From assembly GCA_963803185.1 (NCBI GenBank), contig CAWDMF010000039.1, positions 8,337 through 72,336 of the forward strand: a DNA stretch of 64,000 nucleotides. Reading direction: 5' to 3'. A program made the position numbers and the translations under genes. Under the pieces are notes generated by a model that saw nothing but the letters and a program-made list of their open reading frames with translations, made no database searches and was not told where the DNA came from. Positions within the stretch are counted from its first letter, which is position 1; each line of letters opens with the position of its first letter. The DNA is from an uncultured Gammaproteobacteria bacterium (lineage in GTDB: Bacteria; Pseudomonadota; Gammaproteobacteria; SZUA-229). Below are positions 12,036-24,566 of this stretch, piece after piece.

Positions 12036-12968
12036 TTAAGCGTAAATGTTGGTTTTACGGTCAGCTTGTGTTTTAAAACGTTTATGTGACCACAGGTACT
12101 GCTCCGGGCAATCATAAACCATGTCTTCGATTGTTTTGTTGACACGTGCACTATCGGCTTCTATATCGCCGGAAGGAAAGCTATCCAGCGCGGGTAATAC
12201 AATGAGTTTATATCCTTTGCCATTTTGCAGACGAACTGGATAAAAAGGTACCACGGCTGCGCCCGTCATTTTAGCTATTTTTGCAGTGGCAGTTAAGGTT
12301 GAAGCGATGCCGCCGAGGAACGGGGTAAAGACAAGTTCCTGGTCAGCAAAATCCTGATCAGGACCAAACCAGGTGGCGTGACCGTTTTTCAATCCACGAA
12401 TAATACCTCGTACATTTCTGGTTTCAATTAATTCATCACCCATTTTTGATCTATAGTGCACCATAAGTGCATTGAATAAAGGGTCGTGTGCTTTTTTAAA
12501 GACCGCATTATATTTATTTACATAGGTGCCAATTAAATGTCCACCCATTTCCAGTGTGGTGAAGTGTCCGGTCAATAACAGCACGCCTTTGTTTTTTGCC
12601 ATTGCCTGATCAAGATGCTCTTTACCTTCGATCTGACACTGTTTCTGTAAATCATCACTTTTGCTGAACCAGGCAATACCGGTTTCAAAAATTGAGATGC
12701 CCAGGCTTTTAAACGCTTTTTTATTCAGCTCATCAATTTCTTTGTCAGTAAAATCAGGATACGCCTGTTTTATATTAATACGGGCGGCACGTCTTCTGGA
12801 CGGAACAATATGATAGATGAAAATGCCTAAAACAGAACCCGCTTTTTGGAGAGCGGAAATGGGCAAAAATGTCGCTAATCGCAATATTCCAAAAGCAAAC
12901 CATAACGGCCAGTATTTCGGTGCTAAATAAGAGCTCAGCTGCAATGATTTGTCTGTTGTTTTATTCAC
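12036..12968 (-). CDS. lpxL: Lipid A late (lauroyl) acyltransferase
   Basis: LLLTGHFTTLE, PDQD, PEQYLWSHKRFKT; adjacent to waaA. Confidence 0.9.
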   Translation of the reverse strand: MNKTTDKSLQLSSYLAPKYWPLWFAFGILRLATFLPISALQKAGSVLGIFIYHIVPSRRRAARINIKQAYPDFTDKEIDELNKKAFKSLGISIFETGIAWFSKSDDLQKQCQIEGKEHLDQAMAKNKGVLLLTGHFTTLEMGGHLIGTYVNKYNAVFKKAHDPLFNALMVHYRSKMGDELIETRNVRGIIRGLKNGHATWFGPDQDFADQELVFTPFLGGIASTLTATAKIAKMTGAAVVPFYPVRLQNGKGYKLIVLPALDSFPSGDIEADSARVNKTIEDMVYDCPEQYLWSHKRFKTQADRKTNIYA

Positions 12969-13012
12969 CAGTATCGCTTGCTAGATTGTAGGTAGACAGA
13001 TTGGCTGGTTGA

Positions 13013-14387
13013 TTAATTTATTTCTGGTCGGTTCTGTGTTTCTTTGGCAGGCCTGGGAATAAGCCATTTATTAATTGCATCGACATCTGCTGGGGTAAGA
13101 ATTCCGGCAACCTGTTTTAATATCAGCTGATTCGTCAGGTAGGTATATCGTGCTACCGAGTAATCCCGCTTGGCTGCTGAATAACTGGCGCTGTGATAAC
13201 AGCACGTCAACACTGGTACGGGTACCGGCATCGTAGCCGGCCAGGGTGGCATCCAGTGATGTCTGTGTAGAAATAACGGCCTGTTTTCTTGCTTTGACGT
13301 TCGCAATATCTGCTTCCAGGCTTAAATAGGCGCTGCGCGCGAGACCAATCGTGCGTCGTTTTTCCTGTTCGAGTAATGCTTTTGCCTGGTCTTTTTCTGA
13401 TAATTTCTGGCGTACCGTTGAACTGGTCAGGCCACCGCTGTAAATAGGTATGTCTAGATTTAATATTACTCTGGTATCTGTGTCATCACGAGCCGGCTGT
13501 CGGTTGCCCAAAAAAACTTGATGGGTCATTGACTTTCAACACCGTATGAGGCATTCAGGCTGAGTCTTGGGATAATGGCCACCCTTGCTGCCATCGTAGG
13601 CACTTTTTGCTGCCACAAGCGAATAGTTAGCTGATACGATTGAAAAATTATTTTGTAATGACTTTTCCTGCCAGGCATCGATGTCCATCGGCTCGGGTAT
13701 AACTAAAGGCATGTCTTCCCGGGCAATCTTCAGGTTTTCCGGGTAAGTATTGATTATAAAACGCAAGGCTTCACGCTTATTCGATAAATCATTGGTGGCG
13801 ATAATTTCATCGGCCACGGATATATCATAACTTGCCTGTTGTTCTTTTACATCAGTAATGGCAGACAGGCCAACATTGAAACGTTCCTTGCTTTGTTCCA
13901 GTTGTTTGCCAATGGCTTTTCTCTCTGCACTGGCAGTCTCTAATGTATCGATAGCCGTTAAAACATCAAAATAGGCTGAGGACACTCGCACAATGGTATC
14001 CTGCCTGGCCACTTCAAGGTCAGCTACCGCTTTTGCTACAATTGCATCACCCTGATCCAGGTTGTCAAACACGGTTTTATCATAAATAACCTGGTTTAAA
14101 TCTAATGAATAACCTTTGCTGTTCGCGTCGGCTGTAGTCGTACTTGTGGGCAGTTCAGTTTCTCTTTCACCTCTAACTATATACGCATTAAATCCAATTT
14201 GAGGCAATACTGCTGATGTGCTTTGTGAAGAGGCTTCAATGGTAGCAAGGTAATTAGCATAAGCTGCCTGAAAAGTGGTGTCGTACTGTTGTGCAAGTTC
14301 CATGGCCTCTTTTAAGTCAAGTGCCGATGATGTAGATGCAATAGAGCAGAGAAATAAACCTATGGTCGATCGTAATAATGCTTTCAT
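13013..14387 (-). CDS. tolC: TolC family outer membrane channel, split by several frameshifts
   Basis: Signal peptide from ATG 14387; RFNVGLSAITDV, GHYP, PIYSGG, GYDAGTRTSVDVL, ARYTYL spread over three frames; follows pcm and rhodanese. Confidence 0.85.
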
Positions 14388-14412
14388 TTTTATCGCCTTT
14401 AAATTCGACTCT

Positions 14413-14734
14413 TTAGTAAGTGGCCATTTGTGTGTCGACCGTTTTTGCCCACTGAGCCATACCACCGGATAAATTAATTATGTTATTAAATCCAGCCTGT
14501 TCCAGATAGCGCCCCACGCTGCGGCTGCGTATGCCATGGTGGCATATAACAACTGTCTCGCGATCTGATATCAAGCGATTCAATTTTAGCGGGAATTGTA
14601 GACATGGGAACTAAAACACTGTTTTCAATTTTACAGACATCAAATTCCCAGGGCTGTCGAACATCCAGTAATAGTGGTTGTTTCTCACAGGTGTCGAGGT
14701 ATGTTTTTAATTGCTCAGCACTAAATTCACGCAT
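14413..14734 (-). CDS. Rhodanese-like domain protein (frameshift near 14565)
   Basis: LLDVRQPWEF in one frame, then VICHHGIRS...NLSGGMAQWAKTVDTQMATY in another, ending at 14413. Confidence 0.85.
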
Positions 14735-14736
14735 AG

Positions 14737-15399
14737 CTAGAAAGTGAATATTTGTTTGACGGGCTGAATCATCGGCTCGATAGAGGTTTCAAATAGTTTT
14801 TCGGTGGTCCATTTGTTTTCATCTATACGCGTTACCCGATAGGCTGTCATTGCCGGCGCATCACCGGTGACAACAAACATTCGGCCACCAATCTTGAGTA
14901 GTTTTTTGTAGCTGTTGGGTATGGTTTTCATCGCCGCGGTAATGGCAATAACGTCGTAATTGCGTTTTTGTTCCCAGGTTTCTGAGGCGTCACCGGTGCT
15001 CAGGTTAACGTTGTGAATACCCAGTGCATGCAGGTTTTTTTCTGCCATGGCGGTCATGTTTTCATTGATGTCAACGGAATCAACATGACGGCCGAGTTTT
15101 GCCAGGCAGGCAGTGAGATAGCCACTACCGGTACCAATTTCCAGAATCAGGTCTTCATCCTGTATATCGAGTTCCTGAAGAATGCGTCCATCAATGATGG
15201 GATTGTCCATTTCACAGGGCTGGTCTTGATAACTGCCCAGCGGAATACGGGTATCGACATATGCCAGATTTCTGTACTCGTTCGGGGTGAAATTTTCACG
15301 CGGGATTTCGCTGATAACTTCCAGTACACGCGGGTCAAGTACATCCCAGGGACGTACCTGTTGTTCAACCATATTAAAACGAGCTTTCTCGAAGTCCAT
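14737..15399 (-). CDS. pcm: Protein-L-isoaspartate O-methyltransferase family
   Basis: ARFNMVEQQVRPWDV and LEIGTGSGY; start moved to ATG 15399. Confidence 0.9.
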   Translation of the reverse strand: MDFEKARFNMVEQQVRPWDVLDPRVLEVISEIPRENFTPNEYRNLAYVDTRIPLGSYQDQPCEMDNPIIDGRILQELDIQDEDLILEIGTGSGYLTACLAKLGRHVDSVDINENMTAMAEKNLHALGIHNVNLSTGDASETWEQKRNYDVIAITAAMKTIPNSYKKLLKIGGRMFVVTGDAPAMTAYRVTRIDENKWTTEKLFETSIEPMIQPVKQIFTF

Positions 15400-15557
15400 A
15401 ATTCGCCTTATATTTAATCTGTTACAAAGTGCGCATTCTACCCTGAGAGGGCGTTTCAGGGTAGGTGTAAAGAATAGAATTATTTTCGCCAATGAACGTG
15501 CCCGAGCATAGCGACAGGTGTCATCGGGGTGCAAATAAAAAACTGAGTACAGGTATT

Positions 15558-15637
15558 AGTCTGCGAAACAGGCAAAGAACACGATAAGAGCACTTTCATT
15601 TTTATCAATTTTTTGTTCTTTGTCTGTTTCGCGGGCT
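15558..15637. repeat. Intergenic imperfect inverted repeat (CGCGAA-type)
   Basis: AGTCTGCGAAACAGGCAAAGAACA versus TGTTCTTTGTCTGTTTCGCGGGCT, 21/24 complementary. Confidence 0.7.
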
Positions 15638-15792
15638 GTTTCATTGCTGGATTGATAGTTTTTTTACTTGAAAATTTCGGTTTTGGCAGATTTTCGGCTG
15701 AATTACGTAATGTATCGGCAGTAGTGGGTTTATTGCTCGGTGGAATCGGGTATCATGGTAGTTTGTTTTTTTAGAATAAACGGGTCAATTTT

Positions 15793-17683
<1,891 letters not shown>

Positions 17684-17878
17684 GTCGTAAGACGTTAGTG
17701 ACAAAATCGTCAGCAATGACAAGTTCATAGGGAATGAGTTAGAGCATCTTTAGTGGTACACATACTGGGAGATACCAGGGATGGTATTTGTAATTTGAGC
17801 AGCACAACAGGCGATTTAACGTGTTTAGCAAAAATATCGTGCTGGAAAAAAGTGATTTGAAGCAAAGGTTCCTTAGAT

Positions 17879-18706
17879 CTATTTGTCACTTTTTGTTTCA
17901 TTGAACGCTGTTTGTTCTGAAAGTGTTTTTTCCATGCGTTCGAGTATGGTTTCAAGATTGTTCAGTCGTTGCTCGATGTGTTGAAGTTTTATCATTTCTA
18001 TTTTTTCATCCTTGATGATCTCTTCTTCCTCTTTGGCCAGAAGAAAAGCGGAGAAATTAGCCGTAATCAGTGAAAACAGACCCAGGCCGAAAAGTATCAG
18101 CAGTCCACCAAAAACTTTTCCGGCTGCCGAGCTCGGTACGATATCACCATACCCTACGGTAGTGACTGTAACCCATGCCCACCAGAATCCGTCCCAGATA
18201 TTGTCGATAGCCGGATCGATGCCGGCTATGAGTATGCCGGCAGCAATGATAATAAATAGCGCTACTAACAGGGTAAGACCGAGTTTGTTTTTTGCCAGAA
18301 CGCCGCGTGCTGTTTTCGATATTCCAAACAGCAGGGGCAGAACCAGAAATATGCGTAAGGTACGCAGTGCGGCAATTTCCGTACTACCCTCCCATAACAC
18401 CGGAAACGCAACAATGATGATTAGCAGGTTTAGCCAGTTGGTTGACAGGTATCGCAACTTGTTATCAGCAAGCCTGGTGAGTAAAGTTGTCTCGATAAGG
18501 AAAAAGCCCCAGACAAACCAGCCAGTGATTATATTTAAAACTGGCGGGAATACACCCTGAGTGGAGGCATACCATTCGATAATGATCCAGATGGCAATCA
18601 TTATCATCGGGAGTTCGAACTTATGTGCCCAATATTTTACTTCGCGATTCTCGTTATGGGCAACACCTCTAAGACCAATAATAGATTTGTAATTTGTTTT
18701 AAACAT
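17879..18706 (-). CDS. Potassium channel family protein
   Basis: TTVGYGD selectivity filter; S4-like LRTLRIF; six hydrophobic segments. Confidence 0.9.
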   Translation of the reverse strand: MFKTNYKSIIGLRGVAHNENREVKYWAHKFELPMIMIAIWIIIEWYASTQGVFPPVLNIITGWFVWGFFLIETTLLTRLADNKLRYLSTNWLNLLIIIVAFPVLWEGSTEIAALRTLRIFLVLPLLFGISKTARGVLAKNKLGLTLLVALFIIIAAGILIAGIDPAIDNIWDGFWWAWVTVTTVGYGDIVPSSAAGKVFGGLLILFGLGLFSLITANFSAFLLAKEEEEIIKDEKIEMIKLQHIEQRLNNLETILERMEKTLSEQTAFNETKSDK

Positions 18707-18920
18707 AGATGTTTCCTGGACCCTTCTGCAGCCGTATTGTAACCGCCTTAGCTGTAAGGAAAACAGTTAGCTTTTGGAAAATTTTGATAAACAGGTATAT
18801 TGAGCCGCCATCAGGACAAAAGCTTTATATTTTTAAAGCGTGTGTTTTCCTGTCTATCGATATTGCACAAAGTAGTTTAATATTAACCGAGTCTAATCTT
18901 ATTAAATATTATTTTATCTC

Positions 18921-19250
18921 ATGACTATCGAATCAAAATGTAATATGCCGCAACAGCCTGATTACACTGGCGTAAAAATTGTTGAGTTGTTTCCGGATCC
19001 AGTTCTGGATGATTACATACAGGCAATGCAGCTGGCTAACGAGCAGGCTGATGAAATCATCGGTGAACATATGTTGCTGGCATGGTATGACCGGGATCGG
19101 GATTTTGAATCGCCACAACATGCCAGTGAGTGCCATGTGAACAGTGCTATTCCCGGTTATATTGATTATGCGATATATCATGGCGCCAGCCTGAAAATTG
19201 ATATTGAAAAAGGGCGTTTCGTGTTTTTTTACCTGCCGATTGATTTTTAA
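18921..19250 (+). CDS. AF1514-like family protein
   Basis: MLLAWYDRDRDFESP...SEC...PGY.DY...HGA.LK.DIE.GRFVFF recognised from memory of the family. Confidence 0.7.
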   Translation: MTIESKCNMPQQPDYTGVKIVELFPDPVLDDYIQAMQLANEQADEIIGEHMLLAWYDRDRDFESPQHASECHVNSAIPGYIDYAIYHGASLKIDIEKGRFVFFYLPIDF

Positions 19251-19470
19251 GTCATTGTATTATCTGTGTTATGAGTAAACTTTTCTGGTTTCCCTTTACA
19301 GATAAATAATAAGGGGACACAGGGATTAATAATGACCTGCCCCTAACGCTCAGTTTTCGCCTGAAAAGCATGTTCCAGGGTTTTGAATACACATGGTTTT
19401 GCTAACGGAATTGATCAACGATCCTGCGAGATATTGAACGATTGATCTCATCTGAACACTAAACTGGGAA

Positions 19471-19881
19471 ATGAAAAAATCAAAGCTCCAGTTCAATACC
19501 CCTGACGAAGTAGACGCCGTCTTCTATGAAGCATTCACGCGCTGTGATCCGGATGTGATGGCTGGTTTATGGGCTGACGAGGATGTGATCTGTGTGCACC
19601 CCGGAGCGGGTGTTATTGTGGATTATGATGCGATTATCCGCAGTTGGGCGAATATATTCAGTAATGCCGGCAGTGCCGAAATGAAAACCACCGTGATCAG
19701 GCGTGTGCTATCGGATGAACTGGCGGTATATGTCGTGGCTGAGGAAATGCTCAGTTCAGGCAGGATTGCCGCTGTCGTTCTGGCAACGAATGTGTACCGG
19801 AAATTCGACAGTGGCTGGCTGATGATCGAGCATCACGCATCGCTGGTACAGAACCTGGCAAATGGGCAAACGCTGCAGTGA
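19471..19881 (+). CDS. NTF2/SnoaL-like domain protein
   Basis: FYEAF, CVHPG, ATNVY, WLMIEHHAS. Confidence 0.85.
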   Translation: MKKSKLQFNTPDEVDAVFYEAFTRCDPDVMAGLWADEDVICVHPGAGVIVDYDAIIRSWANIFSNAGSAEMKTTVIRRVLSDELAVYVVAEEMLSSGRIAAVVLATNVYRKFDSGWLMIEHHASLVQNLANGQTLQ

Positions 19882-20001
19882 AAACGATTTCACTGGGCCG
19901 ATAAATTTTGGGGCTGAGAGATTAAATAATGAACTGTCCCGTTACATGGTGAAATACTAAATCCACCATCCGCTTTGACTATACGCGGAAATATCGAGTT
20001 G

Positions 20002-20698
20002 TCAGGATTTATATTGTTTGTGTTTGAAGATAGCGGTTCTTGCGATGGTATAGGTCTCATCATCGATGATGCCTTCATCTCTAAGACGGCGGCACATCTT
20101 GAGTTCACCGACCAGCCTGTCTGAGACAGGGAGTATTGGACCGTGCTTTATCGATAGCTTGTTGCAGGGTAATGAAATATTGATCAAATTCCTGCTGAGA
20201 GGGTTTTTTATTTTCGATCAAAAACAGTCTGGCATCGCCAAAACGGCTTTTAAAGATAAATTCATCACGTATCAGGTAAACAAAAATCAAGGAGCTGATC
20301 AAAGATATGGTCACGGCAATCGTGCCGGTCAGTAGGCTATATAAGGGTTTTACTGTTTCTGAAACACCAAGGTAAAAGCTCAGTCCTGCTAGAGCGCCCG
20401 CGGCCAAAGCCCAGTATAACCATTTCCAGACAATGACTTTGTTATGTTCGGGCTCGGACGTTAACCAGGCCAGATTAACCCGAAATTTTTTTTCTTTAGC
20501 GTGTTTTTTTTCAACAAAATTTAATAATAGATAATTTGATCTATATAGCTGGTATTCTCTGCGAGTTCCTTTCAGTGTATTCGTTTGTATAAGTTTTTCA
20601 CCTAATTTGGCAGGGTCGATCTCCTGCTCAAATTCTTCATAATTATTCGCTGGCACGTCGAATAGTGCGTTAGCGAAAATGACTTCTTCGTCTTCCAT
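20002..20698 (-). CDS. Hypothetical two-TM membrane protein (frameshift near 20135)
   Basis: ORF 20105-20698 has two TM helices; a plausible C-terminus (RLVGELKMCRRLRDEGII) lies in the adjacent frame to 20002. Confidence 0.65.
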
Positions 20699-20831
20699 TT
20701 CGGCAACCTCTTGAAGGACAGTAAGTATTGATTATGGTACGACATGTATGGAATTTCCATAAGAAATGAGTTAAACAGATTAGATGTGCCTTAAAACTGG
20801 ATCCAATCGCAGCGGGGATTATGGGATATGT

Positions 20832-22220
20832 TCAGTTTTGATCAATTCGAGCGGTATCGTCATTCAGGCTTTTGCATAGCAGGCCTAAATTAACGTTATC
20901 AACTTTTTCTCCTATATCGACCCATACCTGGTGCCCGCTACCCGGTGCGCATTCAATATTGTTGCCTTTCTGGTCAGCCATTTTTTTTAGCACAAAATGA
21001 TAGTTACCACTCGTGGTTAATAATTCCATCTCGTCACCGATAGTGATTTTATTTTTAATGTCGACCAGAATGCGATTGTTGTGATTATCAAATTCCATTA
21101 CTTCACCCGAAAAAATTTGTCTTTGGCTACGTGAACTGCTGTCACGATAACGCTGCATTTCCTCGGGAGCATGACGTTGAAAAAAACCATCGGTGTAACC
21201 TCGATGCGACAGATTTTCCAGTTCCGTCATTAGATGGGGGTCAAACTTTTTGCCATTGACGGCATCATCAATTGCCTGACGATAAATTTGTGTTGTTCTG
21301 GCTGTGTAATAGTAGGACTTGGTCCGGCCTTCGATCTTCAGGCAGTCGACACCGATGTCAACCAGGCGGTGTACATGTTCGACGGCGCGTAAATCTCTTG
21401 AGTTCATTATATAGGTGCCATGTTCATCTTCTTCGATAGGCATAAATTCCCCGGGGCGACCCTGTTCTTCCAGTAAAAATTGCTGTGATGTTATTTCGTC
21501 AGCGTTCGAACCAGATGTGGCTTTCCATCCTTTGGTTCGTGAACTACACGTCCCTGTGCCACTGCTCCATACGCCGGTATTTTCAATATTTTGATCGCTA
21601 TCATTATTTTTAACTTTGTAATTCCAGCGACAGGAATTAGTGCAGGTGCCCTGGTTAGGGTCGCGGTGATTAAAATACCCCGACAGCAAACAACGTCCGG
21701 AATAGGCAATGCATAATGCACCGTGAATAAATACTTCGAGCTCAATATCGGGACAGTCTTCGCGAATTTGTGCTATTTCATCAAGTGATAATTCACGTGA
21801 AAGAATAATTCGCTCGACCCCCGCAGACTGCCAGAATTTTACAGAAGGTGAGTTTAAAGTATTGGCCTGTACTGACAGGTGGATCGGCATATCAGGCCAC
21901 TTTTCTCTGATCATCATGATCAGTCCGGGGTCAGCCATAATCAACGCATCTGGGTTCATGGCAATTATGGGTGCCATATCATCCATAAAAGTTTTGATTT
22001 TTGCAGTATGTGGAAGAATATTGGTCGCCACAAAAAACTTTTTCCCCAGGCGGTGTGCCTGGTGAATGCCTGATTCAAGGTTTGGTAGTCGAAAGTCGTT
22101 ATTACGCACACGTAAACTATAACGGGGTAAACCGGCATAAACTGCATCTGCACCATAGGCAAAGGCATAGTGCATATTTTTGATTAAACCGGCAGGGGAA
22201 AGCAGTTCAGGTTTTTTCAT
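20832..22220 (-). CDS. trhP: U32 peptidase family, tRNA 5-hydroxyuridine modification protein (YegQ/TrhP)
   Basis: PELLSPAG, YGADAVYAG, HLSVQAN, HGALCIAYSGRCLLS, NQGTCTNSCRW, KIEGRTKS. Confidence 0.88.
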   Translation of the reverse strand: MKKPELLSPAGLIKNMHYAFAYGADAVYAGLPRYSLRVRNNDFRLPNLESGIHQAHRLGKKFFVATNILPHTAKIKTFMDDMAPIIAMNPDALIMADPGLIMMIREKWPDMPIHLSVQANTLNSPSVKFWQSAGVERIILSRELSLDEIAQIREDCPDIELEVFIHGALCIAYSGRCLLSGYFNHRDPNQGTCTNSCRWNYKVKNNDSDQNIENTGVWSSGTGTCSSRTKGWKATSGSNADEITSQQFLLEEQGRPGEFMPIEEDEHGTYIMNSRDLRAVEHVHRLVDIGVDCLKIEGRTKSYYYTARTTQIYRQAIDDAVNGKKFDPHLMTELENLSHRGYTDGFFQRHAPEEMQRYRDSSSRSQRQIFSGEVMEFDNHNNRILVDIKNKITIGDEMELLTTSGNYHFVLKKMADQKGNNIECAPGSGHQVWVDIGEKVDNVNLGLLCKSLNDDTARIDQN

Positions 22221-22415
22221 GGAATATCAATAAAGTATAAAGTTGTATTTTAAAAGAAATTGGCTACAAAAAATACACCATTGAAATGTGTTGTAATGAT
22301 GCAACTCACTTTAAACGTTGTAGATAGACTCAAAATTCAAATTCAATGAACCAGTGGTAAAGCGACCTGACTGTTTATTGTGCTTTCTACAATAATTAAC
22401 GGCGGGGGATGTGAG

Positions 22416-23078
22416 ATGAAACAAAATAAAAGTATTAGGGATCAGGACTATAAAGTTGCCATGGGGCGTTTGCTGGTAATGTACACCCAGGTGGACTACC
22501 TGATTATGCGTGCTGTTGCAGAGCGCATTGCAGATGCACCTGATGATGAAAGCCGCTTATTTATGGCAAAACAGGTAGGTGATGAAAGCAGACATGTGCG
22601 TATTCAACAGGAGTGGATAAATAAATTTGACACTGACACAGCCCCCGTCTTTAGTGAGCGGCAACAGGAAATGTTTCTGCTCCATTTTCGTTCGCTCAAT
22701 TGGCTGGATTTTTTAACAGACATGTATATTTGTATAGAAGCATTAGGTGGGGAAGCAGTCGAACAAATTGTACCATTGGCTGACCCGGGTACGCGAGAAT
22801 CACTTAAAGTGCCACTACAGGATGAAATTGATCATGTTGCGTTTGGTTTAGGCAGGTTACGCGATGAGCTTGCAAAATTGCCGGAAGCCGAAAGTTATGC
22901 CTATCTGCAAACTATAGAATCCAGGCTAGATTTTCTTGATGATACTTTACATGCTCTGGGTATCGATGTGCCCGGCATGTTTAGTGCAGTAGGAGCAGAT
23001 TACCAAAAGGTGGTTGAAACCGTGTTACGTAGAAGGCAGCAGATACTTGAATCATTGGCACAGCCGTTAGCTGCATAA
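22416..23078 (+). CDS. Ferritin-like di-iron domain protein
   Basis: Two ExxH motifs (DESRH, DEIDH) plus an intervening Glu (CIEAL); helical. Confidence 0.75.
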   Translation: MKQNKSIRDQDYKVAMGRLLVMYTQVDYLIMRAVAERIADAPDDESRLFMAKQVGDESRHVRIQQEWINKFDTDTAPVFSERQQEMFLLHFRSLNWLDFLTDMYICIEALGGEAVEQIVPLADPGTRESLKVPLQDEIDHVAFGLGRLRDELAKLPEAESYAYLQTIESRLDFLDDTLHALGIDVPGMFSAVGADYQKVVETVLRRRQQILESLAQPLAA

Positions 23079-23233
23079 AATGTAAATGCTTAAGCTAAAG
23101 CGCTCTCATATTCGGAATGTCCGGTTGAGCGTTTCTTAACCATGAAATTACTAATGGTTTTTGTTTGTTCATTCAAATACAATAGATGCGGCTTAATAAA
23201 TTATAAAAATTCGTTAAATAAAGGTGACTGTAA

Positions 23234-23425
23234 ATGGCTTATAAATGTGAAGTATGTGGAATGGGTATTGGCTCGATGACATGTGCCGAATGTGGTAAAG
23301 AGTTGGTGCATGATGAAATTACAACAGATGATGGAACGATCATTTATGTATCTAAATGTCCTGATGGGCATGGCATGGTGAAATCACCAATGTGTTGTGG
23401 CCAGGATATGACCTACCAGGCATAA
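23234..23425 (+). CDS. Small Cys-rich metal-binding protein
   Basis: CEVC, CAEC, CPDGH and CCGQDM motifs; AAGGTG RBS; followed by a terminator. Confidence 0.7.
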   Translation: MAYKCEVCGMGIGSMTCAECGKELVHDEITTDDGTIIYVSKCPDGHGMVKSPMCCGQDMTYQA

Positions 23426-23446
23426 TTTGTACCTGAAGTGTAAGTT

Positions 23447-23473
23447 AAAAAGCAGCTTTTTAGCTGCTTTTTT
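23447..23473 (+). terminator. Rho-independent terminator
   Basis: AAAAAGCAGCT-TTTT-AGCTGCTTTTTT. Confidence 0.75.
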
Positions 23474-23545
23474 GTTTGAGGCTACTCTATTAGATTGTTA
23501 TGCAGGACATGGGCATTATTATAATTTTTTAGAGTTGTCTTTATC

Positions 23546-24181
23546 ATGGTATTTGTAAATGGTTTCCATAGTGAGTTTGTTGTGTTGTCATATCAGTCAT
23601 TAGAAAAAATACTGGGTTTTGAAAAAGCTTTGCCCGTTACGCAGTACTGGTCAGCTGCGCCTGATTTCCTGAAAACAATTAGTGATTATTGCCTGGAAAA
23701 GAAACCTCAGGTTATCGTCGAATGTAGTAGTGGAGCCAGTAGCCTGGTTTTATCCCAGTGTTGTAAATTGAACAAGATCGGTCATGTATACAGTCTTGAG
23801 AATGGAGAGGAATTTGTATCACAAACAAGTCAGCAGCTAGATGATTTTTTACTGTCCGAGTATTGTGATGTTATTCATGCGCAACTGCAAGATGTCCAGT
23901 TAAATAGCAGTAGCTTTCAATGGTATGCTTTAAATAATCTCCCTGGGATAGAGATTGATATGCTTGTTATCGATGGACCACCGGGTTTTTTGCAGAAGCA
24001 TTCACGTTATCCTGCATTACCGATGTTGAATGAAAGGCTGGGTGAGCATTGTGCTGTTTTTCTGGATGATGCTGCCAGAGATGATGAGCAGGAACTGGTC
24101 AGGCGTTGGCTAAAAATGTATCCAGAATTTCAGGCAGAATATATTGAAAATGAGCGCGGCTGTTTTATTTTAAAAAGGTGA
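23546..24181 (+). CDS. Class I SAM-dependent methyltransferase (Methyltransf_24-like)
   Basis: IVECSSGASS (variant motif I), LVIDGPP, FLDDAARDDE. Confidence 0.8.
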   Translation: MVFVNGFHSEFVVLSYQSLEKILGFEKALPVTQYWSAAPDFLKTISDYCLEKKPQVIVECSSGASSLVLSQCCKLNKIGHVYSLENGEEFVSQTSQQLDDFLLSEYCDVIHAQLQDVQLNSSSFQWYALNNLPGIEIDMLVIDGPPGFLQKHSRYPALPMLNERLGEHCAVFLDDAARDDEQELVRRWLKMYPEFQAEYIENERGCFILKR

Positions 24182-24255
24182 TGGTTTATGTTTTGGGTAT
24201 AAGCTGGAAGGGAAATAACGGCCAGAAGCGCTAGTTCAAAAAACAAGAAAATTAT

Positions 24256-24445
24256 TCCACGAAGAACGCAAAAGACGCAGATAAAACGTTATTATTTATT
24301 TGTTGTCATCCTGAACGATAGTGAAGGATCTTACAACCCGTTATAATATTTAAGCGTTGTAAGATCCTTCACTATCGTTCAGGATGACATAAATACATTG
24401 TTGTTTTTCTTCGCGCTTATTTCGCGTCTTTTGCGTTCTCGTGGA
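24256..24445. repeat. CGAAGAACGC-type palindromic element carrying a nested insertion
   Basis: TCCACGAAGAACGCAAAAGACGC ... GCGTCTTTTGCGTTCTCGTGGA; relative at 42698. Confidence 0.75.
24304..24389. repeat. Perfect 34-bp inverted repeat (GTCATCCTGA-type)
   Basis: TGTCATCCTGAACGATAGTGAAGGATCTTACAAC and its exact reverse complement, 18-nt spacer. Confidence 0.9.
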
Positions 24446-24566
24446 CTAAATGCTTTTAAGCTTTATTTCACTGTCCGATTAGTGTCGGTAACTCCCTGTT
24501 AAACACTTTAATATTAAGCAGTGCAAATGTTTTTATAAAATATGATTGTCGGCGCGCAGGTAACAT

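Noticed and set aside
15526-15560. TPP riboswitch upstream of thiC
   Set aside because: GGGGTGC and CTGAG are present but the ACCC, GAACCTGA and TAATGC...GCG.AGG elements are missing.
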